Positions 37,872 to 45,584 of a stretch of 47,200 nt of DNA are shown piece by piece; the stretch's first letter is position 1; the number at the start of each line of letters is the position of its first letter. A program made the translations under genes and the position numbers. This DNA comes from Legionellales bacterium (GTDB lineage Bacteria; Pseudomonadota; Gammaproteobacteria; Legionellales; Legionellaceae), in the NCBI GenBank assembly GCA_021732495.1, contig JAKFUY010000034.1, positions 1 to 47,200 on the forward strand. The letters run 5' to 3'. The notes under the pieces were generated by a model. The model was not told the origin of the DNA and made no database searches. It saw nothing but the letters and a program-made list of their open reading frames with translations.

Positions 37872-38142
37872 TATCCATATAAAGCAAATGCCTGCTTTTA
37901 AAAAAGCTTATAAAAAGTTACCGCTTTCTCAACAATTGATTGTAAATAATGCAATTAAAGAAATTATTAAAAACCCTCAAATTGGAAATGAAAAACGAGG
38001 AGATTTATACGGAGTATTTGTTTATAAATTTAAAATTCATCATCAAGAATTCCTTTTAGCCTATGAGTGGGATGCTACACAACGTTTATTATTAGCATTA
38101 GGTGTGCATGAAAACTTTTATCGTGACCTTAAAAGTAGATAA
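37852..38142 (+). CDS. RelE/ParE family type II toxin
   Basis: About 92-96 aa, small and basic. The layout FKKAYKKL...IKEIIKNPQIG..K.GDL.GV.VYKF.....LLAY is typical of RelE/ParE toxins. An alternative GTG start lies at 37864. Confidence 0.7.
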   Translation: MRKKVSDIHIKQMPAFKKAYKKLPLSQQLIVNNAIKEIIKNPQIGNEKRGDLYGVFVYKFKIHHQEFLLAYEWDATQRLLLALGVHENFYRDLKSR

Positions 38143-38412
38143 ATTTATCCAGGAGATTAAATGATTGCGGTAAAAGAACACACTTCTTTCAAAGCAGATT
38201 TACGATTAAGTCTAAATTTCTAAAAATCATATTATAAGAAACTACAAGATTACCAAATACCTTATGTTTTAAAGCTCTTGCATATGCCGACAATGTTGAT
38301 CAACAATTCCGAACGATATGGATCACTTGAAGAGTAAAATTTAATCATTTTTATCAACGCAAAGATAAAACCGTAATATCCTTTTATTTTCAATAATAAA
38401 AAAGGATGAATA

Positions 38413-38805
38413 ATGCCAACGGAGAAAGTTTCTATGCGCAAGATAAAAGAAATTCTAAAACTTAATTTTGAAAATATAAGTAACCGAGAAACTTCACGCA
38501 GATTAAGAATTGGAGCTGCTGGTGTTAGTCTCTACCTCGCAAGAGCTAAAGCCGCAGGATTAGTATGGCCTCTAAGTGATAAGTGGTCTGATGAAAAAAT
38601 CTATAGTTTATTATTTCCAGTCGAAAATAAAAATATAAAGCATCCTTTGCCTGATTTTGGCAAAGTTCATCGGGAACTTAAGCGCAATACCGGAAAACGC
38701 GGCTATCGCTTCAAACAAGCCATTGAAGAAGCTCTATCTGATAATGGAATGAGAATTAGGTCAATTGCTAAAAAGCATGGCGTTGGTGCTTTATGCAAGT
38801 ATTGA
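38413..38805 (+). pseudogene. IS21-family IstA transposase N-terminal fragment
   Basis: MRKIKEILKLNFENISNRETSRRLRIGAAGVSLYLARAKAAGLVWPL is the HTH N-terminus typical of IstA. Only about 90 of about 500 aa are recognisable, followed by unrelated sequence. No istB is present. Confidence 0.6.
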
Positions 38806-39157
38806 ACAATTCTAATTAGCTTGTGACCAAATGAAGCTCTGCAGGACTGTGTCAAAATAAGACTCTACGTAAAAAAACCAACTCTATTGCGACGATAAAA
38901 AATAATAGCTAAAATTTGCAAATTACCTTAAGAGTTTTATTTGAAAGACTTTCTCTAAGAATAAAATTGCACTTCATTTGTGAATTGGGGGAGTACTTAA
39001 TCAGGCAATAGTTGTCCACATCCCTATGATAAATTCGTTGTTTGAATGGCCGAACCAGTTGGAGTGGAAATGGCAATTAATGTAAATGACTCAAAATTAA
39101 CCAGAAATGTGGTAATGATTTATATTACTCAATCTGGTGCGGAAGATAAGATCATAG

Positions 39158-39197
39158 GCAAGATCAAGGCTTTTTGCTGCTATAGTCTTGATCTTGC
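39158..39197 (-). terminator. Stem-loop downstream of the 1411-aa gene (possible terminator, no U-tract)
   Basis: Perfect 11-bp inverted repeat GCAAGATCAAG (39158-39168) / CTTGATCTTGC (39187-39197) with an 18-nt loop, about 65 nt past the stop codon. It lacks a following T-run on either strand. Confidence 0.25.
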
Positions 39198-39260
39198 TCC
39201 AAATTAATCGCATCAACTTTAAATTCTTTAGAATAACTTTTTCTATGCGATATCCTTTTA

Positions 39261-41159
39261 TCAAGGCTTTAGAATACTCGCAGAATTGTTCTTTTTCAAC
39301 CGATCTAACATTCTATAGAGTGATGTCCCTTCATATTGCGTTTCTCTTTCTTGATTCCACATGAAGTCTTGCAACACCGCTAAACAATACGTATCACTTT
39401 TTTTTATTCTTTGAATGACGCCAAAAAAAGGCCAGTCCTCAAGATTAGATTTTTTATCATGGAGAAGACAATATAAAGCAGTACAAAAAAAGAAAAATCC
39501 CATTTTTTTAAGATAGGCATGAGATTGATTTTCAACATCCGCATCTTGGGTGATTTCCTGAAAATAATGCTCTAAAACATCTGAATTTTTATCAAGATCA
39601 TCATTAGAAATACCTGTTAGAGCTTCAAAAATGTCTGATTTTATTAAATTCTCAATGACGTCCATCTCTGGAAATTTGGAGAATAACGTTTCAAAAAAAG
39701 TACTGATGCGTGCAGCATGGAGCTCGTTTGCACTTAAGAATTTGTTGAAACAGCCTGACTTATTGCATCTACTTAAAACCACACGTAAATGGTCATCGGG
39801 TTCAAATTTAGTATATTGCATGCTGATTTTTAGCAGACGAAGAAGACGAATGGGATCTTCTTCAAAAAGTCCGTCTCCGTTACTGACAACAGAAATCTTT
39901 CCTTTTTCAGTCTTTTCTAATGCGCCATCGAATGCTTTAATCTCTAAAAGTGGTTTGTCTGTTGATAAATCAATATACAAAGCGCTAATGGTAAAGTCGC
40001 GCTTGGCAAGAATGCGTTGCATGTAGGTATCAATAGGTTCTTGAGCCCAACAAGCGTCTGTGGCGATTTCAATTTCTATTTTTTTGATGGTGAGTTTTAG
40101 GGTAGGGTAGGTTTTCCCAATAATTTCAGCTTTGGGAAATCCATGGGTGCGTAAAAATTGTTTCAATGATTCCAAAGATACGCCAAGGACTAAACAATCA
40201 TAATCTGAGTGATGAGGCCTTTTCAGGAATAAATTGGCTACAGCACTTCCAGTGAGTATACACGGCTTTTGTAAATGAGTGTTTAAAAGCGAGACTAACT
40301 CGATAAGGGGTTGAGGTAAATGTTGCCGAGGGACAAATCCAGGTGATTCGGGTTGGAACATGGAAAAAGTCAGTGGGGAGATTTGTGGGGGTGACTCGCA
40401 ACGCCTTGACTTGAGAGGCAATAATTCAGGCTTGCCGTTTGCTTCTAGCTCAGCTTTCAAAAAACCAAATTCTGCAGTTAGTGTTGCTTCATCTAACATC
40501 GGCAGGCATTTTTCAACAACGTTCCAAATTTTGTGTTCGATGGCGCGTTTTATCATCTCAATAGGGGCGCTAATATATTGCGATTTAAGGAGATCATCTT
40601 CTAAAAACGTATTTAAAATTCGTCTGCTCTGTTCAGGTTGAAGCATACATAAGTCTAAAAAATAAGTTTGTTGTTTTTGCAGACTTTCTAGGAATGGCTT
40701 TAAGAGAGTTAGTTGATTAAATAATTCAAGATTATCGTTTTTAATACAATCTTCTATCACCCTAGCAATATAAGGCGTAATGGATGCGATACGGGTAAAT
40801 TGATATCGGTATTGATAATTCTTGAATGAAAGTAGTTCATAAATCTCATAAACATTATTTTCTGAAAATAATCTTTTAAGAGTGGCTTCGTATGGCGCGT
40901 TCTTTAAGTCACGAACGAGGGAAATAGAGTTAGCATCACGTAAATACTTTTTTAAAAGTCCCCAGTTAAATTCAATATAAGGTACTTCGGGCTCTGCAAT
41001 CGCAGGAGAGGCTTCCAAGGGTGATTGAATCTTTTTGCGTGGCGCAGGGGGGGCATCTTTTGGGTTGGCAGGGGGGGCCCATGTAGGTGTTAAATTGATG
41101 AGTATGTCTTTACGTTGTATAGACTTTAAAGCATGTCGAAATGCTTGATAATCGTGCAT
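39261..41159 (-). repeat. Copy 1 of the ~1.9-kb duplicated gene segment (C-terminal 632 codons)
   Basis: Collinear with 43659-45584 (offset about 4400 bp). Protein identity is high throughout, from HDYQAF/HDCQIF through the PEVPYIEFNW block to the C-terminus. Confidence 0.9.
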
Positions 41160-43496
41160 ATTTAATGCTGCAATGAGAAGTTTAAGTAGCGCCCGACCAT
41201 CTTGAGTTGGACAGCGCAACATTGCTGGCGATTTATCAGTATCAGCAGATTTGAGCAAAATTGCACTCAAAGATGCAGGTGTTATTATCTCCACTAAGTG
41301 TGGATATTTTTCAAGTATAGCTCGACCATCTTCAGTGGCACAAAGCCAATATGCAGCTGAGGTGCCAGGGTTTGCAGTAGCAGTTTCTAGTAAAATTGCA
41401 TTTAAAGCGTCAGGGAGTATCTTTTGCGCTAACTTAGGAGATTCTAAAAGTACCTTACGGCCATTATCAGTTGCACAAAGTTCGAATACTGCTGAGTTAC
41501 CAACATCAGCAGATTCTAGTAATTTTGAATTTAAAGCCTCAGCGCTTATCATGTTCTCCAAACCAGGATATTTTAAAAGTACCTCGCGACCATTATCAGC
41601 TGCGCAAAGTTTGAATATAGCTGAGGTGCCAGAAGGAATTCCAGGATATTCTCGCAATATTGCATTTAAATCCTTGGGGTTTATCTTCTTCATTAATGTG
41701 CGATTTTGTTTAAGTAACTCACGACCATTATTCGTTGCACAAAGTAAGAATGCGACAGACATACTAGGGTCGGGAGAATGTGGTACTCTTTCTTCTAAAA
41801 CATCTTTGGGTATCATTTCCGCCAACCGGGGATATTGTGCAAGTAGCTCTCTCCCTTCCGGGTCTATACAAAGCCTAGATGAGGCTCGGGTGCCATCATG
41901 GGCTCTTGCATTTAAAGCTTCATCGGTTATCAGCTCTGCCAACCACGAACATTTTGCAAGTATCGCACGACCAACCGTAGTGGAACAAAGCATATATGTG
42001 GCTGACTTGCCAGCGAAAGCCCCAGCTGATTTTGGTAATCTTTGATTTAAAGCCGTGCCGGATATTTTTTGCGTAAAATAGGGATTCCTTTCAAGTAGCG
42101 CAAGACCTTTTTTATTTACACAAAGTTGGAATACTGCTGATTCGCCAGAATCGGGCATAATCGCATTTAAAACATCAGGTCTTATCATGTCCATCAACTC
42201 GGGATGCTTATCAAGTAACTCAAAACCATTCTCATATGCACAAAGCCCATATGCGGCTGACAGGTAGTTAGATTTTAATAATTTTGCATTTAAGCCCTCA
42301 GGGGTTATCATTTTCACTAACTGGGGGTATTGTTTAAGTAACTCACGACCATCATTATTTAAACAAAGCAGGAATATGGCTGACAGGTTATCACATTTTG
42401 GTAATCTTGCATTTAAGACGTCAGTGGATATCACTCTTAATAACTTAGGATGTTTTTTAAGTAAGTTACGACCATCTTCAGTTAAAAAAAGCATGAATAT
42501 GGCTGATTTACCAGCGTCAGCGCCAGCAGTTTTTGGCAATATTGCATTTAAGGCGTCATCGGATATCAATCCTACTAACTTAGAATATTTTTTAAGTAAC
42601 TTACGACCACTATCAGTTCCACAAAGCATGTATGTGGCTGATTTGCCAGCATTAGCACCAGCAGTTTTTGGCAATCTTGTATTTAAGGCGTCATCGGATA
42701 TTATTTCCACTAACTCAGGATATTCTTCAAGTAACTTATGACCATCTTCAGTGGCACAAAGCCAATATACTGCAGAGGCCCCAGAGGTAGGAAATATTGC
42801 ATTTAAAGCCTCAGGGGTTATCATTTTCGCTAACTCACGAAATTCTTTGAGTAATTTGCGACCATCTTGAGCGGCACAAAGCCAATATGCCGCTGAGGCG
42901 CCAAAATCGGGAACTATTGTATTTAAAGCCTCAGGCGTTATCATTGTCGCTAAATGGCGATGTTGTAAAAGTAAAGCACAACCTTGTTCAGTTGCACAAA
43001 GCCAATATGCCGCTGAGGCACCAGAATCTGGAACTATTGCATTTAAAGCATCAGGGGTTATCATGGTCGCCAATTCAGGATGTTTTGCAAGCAGTGCACG
43101 TCCTTGTTCAGTTGCACAAAGCCAATATGTGTTTCCAATCTCAGGCAAAGCTCGTTTGTCCTGCCGGAGTTGTTCCAGAGAAAGAGGCAAATCTTGTAAA
43201 AAGGCTTTATCGCTATCATGGTTATTTATTATTGCTAAGGCAAAAAAACAACGGCCAGTCTCTGGAGTATTAATAACAGCACCAACCAATCGATCTGTAC
43301 CATTCATTTCAAGCTGGACCATATCAAAGCTGAATCCCGAGTTTTCACAACGTTGAGGATGCTCAAATTGTTTTAGCATATATGACTGTGCTGCTATATG
43401 TGCATGCGAATCCATCCATAAATTCAATCGTACTAGAGGGAAAATACCGTTTTTGCGGATTTGATTATGATGTTTTGGGAGACAAAATATTTTCAT
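39261..43496 (-). CDS. 1411-aa protein: N-terminal ~120 aa, about 15-16 tandem ~41-aa helical (ankyrin-like) repeats, Pro-rich linker, conserved middle domain, class II CCA-adding/poly(A) polymerase-type nucleotidyltransferase domain
   Basis: Uninterrupted ORF. NTase motifs are ILTGSAVANLFLKRPHHSDYD (G-[SG]-x-V-x-[DN]-x-L...DxD), AKRDFTISALY (RRDFTINA) and LFEEDPIRLLRLLKI (EDPLRxLRxxRF). The repeat consensus is G-x-SA-x-YWLCAT-x-x-GR-x-LL-x-K-x-PEL-x-x-MITP-x-ALNA. Confidence 0.8.
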   Translation of the reverse strand: MKIFCLPKHHNQIRKNGIFPLVRLNLWMDSHAHIAAQSYMLKQFEHPQRCENSGFSFDMVQLEMNGTDRLVGAVINTPETGRCFFALAIINNHDSDKAFLQDLPLSLEQLRQDKRALPEIGNTYWLCATEQGRALLAKHPELATMITPDALNAIVPDSGASAAYWLCATEQGCALLLQHRHLATMITPEALNTIVPDFGASAAYWLCAAQDGRKLLKEFRELAKMITPEALNAIFPTSGASAVYWLCATEDGHKLLEEYPELVEIISDDALNTRLPKTAGANAGKSATYMLCGTDSGRKLLKKYSKLVGLISDDALNAILPKTAGADAGKSAIFMLFLTEDGRNLLKKHPKLLRVISTDVLNARLPKCDNLSAIFLLCLNNDGRELLKQYPQLVKMITPEGLNAKLLKSNYLSAAYGLCAYENGFELLDKHPELMDMIRPDVLNAIMPDSGESAVFQLCVNKKGLALLERNPYFTQKISGTALNQRLPKSAGAFAGKSATYMLCSTTVGRAILAKCSWLAELITDEALNARAHDGTRASSRLCIDPEGRELLAQYPRLAEMIPKDVLEERVPHSPDPSMSVAFLLCATNNGRELLKQNRTLMKKINPKDLNAILREYPGIPSGTSAIFKLCAADNGREVLLKYPGLENMISAEALNSKLLESADVGNSAVFELCATDNGRKVLLESPKLAQKILPDALNAILLETATANPGTSAAYWLCATEDGRAILEKYPHLVEIITPASLSAILLKSADTDKSPAMLRCPTQDGRALLKLLIAALNMHDYQAFRHALKSIQRKDILINLTPTWAPPANPKDAPPAPRKKIQSPLEASPAIAEPEVPYIEFNWGLLKKYLRDANSISLVRDLKNAPYEATLKRLFSENNVYEIYELLSFKNYQYRYQFTRIASITPYIARVIEDCIKNDNLELFNQLTLLKPFLESLQKQQTYFLDLCMLQPEQSRRILNTFLEDDLLKSQYISAPIEMIKRAIEHKIWNVVEKCLPMLDEATLTAEFGFLKAELEANGKPELLPLKSRRCESPPQISPLTFSMFQPESPGFVPRQHLPQPLIELVSLLNTHLQKPCILTGSAVANLFLKRPHHSDYDCLVLGVSLESLKQFLRTHGFPKAEIIGKTYPTLKLTIKKIEIEIATDACWAQEPIDTYMQRILAKRDFTISALYIDLSTDKPLLEIKAFDGALEKTEKGKISVVSNGDGLFEEDPIRLLRLLKISMQYTKFEPDDHLRVVLSRCNKSGCFNKFLSANELHAARISTFFETLFSKFPEMDVIENLIKSDIFEALTGISNDDLDKNSDVLEHYFQEITQDADVENQSHAYLKKMGFFFFCTALYCLLHDKKSNLEDWPFFGVIQRIKKSDTYCLAVLQDFMWNQERETQYEGTSLYRMLDRLKKNNSASILKP
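41160..43136 (-). repeat. In-frame tandem repeat array (~120-bp period, about 15-16 units) inside the 1411-aa gene
   Basis: Units such as SAAYWLCATEQGCALLLQHRHLATMITPEALNTIVPDFGA recur. The three promoter-proximal units (about 42760-43136) are near-identical at the DNA level and later units are progressively more diverged. Confidence 0.85.
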
Positions 43497-43658
43497 GAAA
43501 GCATCCTATTAATAATATTGGGCAAATAATACCATAAAGCACTTTGTCTTTACAATAGAGTTTTATTTGAGACAGTTGTTCCTCGAGAGTAAAACGCGGA
43601 AAATTTGCATGGTTGGGTTTCTGCAAGGGCCTAGCAGAATGACTGAAACTGTAAAGTT

Positions 43659-45584
43659 TTATATCTTCCCGTATTGAGAGAGCCTTAAGTTATGTATTGA
43701 AAACTGCTCTAACATTCTATAGAGTGATGAGCCTTCATATTGTGGGGCCCGTTCTTGATTCCATATAAAGTCTTGCAATACTGGTAGAGAAAACCTATCA
43801 CTGAATTTTATTTTTTGAATGACGCCATAAAAAGGCCAGTCTTCAAGATTAGTTTCTTTATCACGAACATGACAATATAAAGCAGTACAGAAAAAGAAAA
43901 AACCCGCTTTTTTAAGATAGGCATGAGATTGATTTTCAACCCCTGATTGTTGGGTGATTTCATGAAAATATTGCTCTAAAATAGCTGATTTTTTTTCAAG
44001 ATCATCATTAGCAATACCTGTTAGCGCATTAAAAATACCCGATATTTTTAATTCATCGATTATCTTCATTTCAGGGAATCTGGAGAATAACGTTTCTAAA
44101 AAAGTACTGATGCGTGCAGCCTGGTGCTCGCCTGCACTTAAGAATTTGTTGAAACAGTCGGACTTATCGCATTTACCTAAAACCGTAAGCAAGGTGTCAT
44201 CAAATCGAAAATCAGGATATTGTAGGCTGATTTTTATCAGACGCAGAAGACAAATGGCGTCTTCAAAAAGTCCGTCTCCGTCACTGACAACAGAAATCTT
44301 TCTTGTTTCAGTCGTTTTTAATGCGCCATCGAATGCTTTAACCTCAAGAAGTTCATGGTCTGTTGATAAATCAAGATATAAAGCGCTAATGGTAAAATCG
44401 CGATTGGCGAGAATACGCTGCATGTAGGTATCAATAGGTTCTTGATCCCAACAAGCGTCTGTGGCGATTTCAATTTCTATTTTTTTGATGGTGAGTTTTA
44501 GAGTCGGGTAGGTCTTCCCAACAATTTTAGCTTGGTAAAATCCATGGGTGTGTAAAAATTGTTTCAATGATTCCAAAGATACGCCAAGGACTAAACAATC
44601 ATAATCTGAGTGATGAGGCCTTTTCAGAAACAAATTGGCTACAGCACTTCCAGTGAGTATACACGGCTTTTGTAAATGAGTGTTTAAAAGCGAGACTAAC
44701 TCGATAAGGGGTTGAGGTAAATGTTGCCGAGGGACAAATCCAGGTGATTCGGCTTGGAACATGGAAAAAGTCAGTGGGGAGATTTGTGGGGGTGACTCGC
44801 AACGCCTTGACTCGAGAGGCAATAATTCAAGCTTGCCGTTTTCTTGAAGCGCAGCTTTCAAAAAGTCAAATTCTGCAGTTAGTGTTGCTTCATCTAACAT
44901 CGGCAGGCACTTTTCAACAACGTTCCAAATTTTGTGTTCGATGGCGCGTTTTATCATCTCAAAAGGGGCGCTAACATATTGCAACTCAATAAGTTCATTT
45001 TCTAGAATTACGTCTAAAATTCGTCTGTTCTGCTCAGGTTGCACCATACATAAGTCTAAAAAATAAGTTTGTTGTTTTTGTAGACTTTGCAGGAATAGAT
45101 TAACAGCAATCAATTGAGAAAATAATTCAAGATTATCGTTTTCAATACAAAATTCTATCACATCAGCAATATAAGGCGTAATAGATGCAATACGGGTGAA
45201 TTGATATCGGTATTGATAATCTTTGGATGAAAGCAGTTCATAAATCTCATAAATATTATTTTCTGAAAATAATGTTGCTAATCTAGCTTCATATGGCGCA
45301 CTCTTTAAAGCACGAATAAGGGAAATAGAGTTGGCATCTCGAATATATTGTTTTAAAAGTTCCCAGTTAAATTCAATATAGGGTACTTCCGGCTTAGCAA
45401 TAGACGGGCTTGAAGCCAACGGAGAGTGAATCTCCTGTTTTGGCGAAGGGGTTTTTTCTCTTGGGATAGCAGGCAAGGCTTGCGGTCTAGGTGAATCTAT
45501 CATTGGTTTGGGTATTAAATGGATAAGGATATCTTCACGTTGAATTGACCTTAAAGCAGCTATAAATATTTGACAATCATGTGC
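43659..45584 (-). repeat. Copy 2 of the ~1.9-kb duplicated gene segment
   Basis: Collinear with 39261-41159. A nearly identical stretch is centred on the NTase catalytic motifs. Confidence 0.9.

Noticed and set aside
38161-38223. A 20-codon ORF (MIAVKEHTSFKADLRLSLNF) resembling the N-terminus of YafQ/RelE-type toxins, right after the intact toxin gene
   Set aside because: It is too short for any confident homology call. It may be a remnant of a second TA module but cannot be supported from sequence alone.
39046-39207. A 53-codon plus-strand ORF in the gap downstream of the 1411-aa gene
   Set aside because: It has no recognisable motif or RBS, and it spans the inverted repeat at 39158-39197. 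It is probably non-coding.
39631-40026. Plus-strand ORFs 39631-40026 and 44110-44427, and the out-of-frame minus-strand ORFs 40198-40401 and 44599-44802, each pair conserved between the two paralogous loci
   Set aside because: Conservation is explained by the duplicated coding sequence in the main minus-strand frame. These are shadow ORFs inside much longer, motif-bearing genes.
41160-43136. Regularly spaced ~120-bp repeats as a possible CRISPR array
   Set aside because: The repeats are contiguous with no unique spacers, are in frame within a 4.2-kb ORF, diverge gradually, and encode a consistent amino-acid consensus.
41251-43273. Long plus-strand ORFs (41251-42045, 42376-42741, 42887-43273; 121-264 aa) with their own repetitive translations
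   Set aside because: They lie antisense to the tandem-repeat array of the 1411-aa gene. Their periodicity simply mirrors the coding repeats on the minus strand, and they show no start context or family resemblance.
43497-43530. TATTAATAATATTG upstream of the 1411-aa gene as a PmrA/TTAAT box
   Set aside because: It is a single copy, only about 10-25 nt from the ATG (the RBS region rather than a promoter), and this is an AT-rich context where such strings arise by chance.
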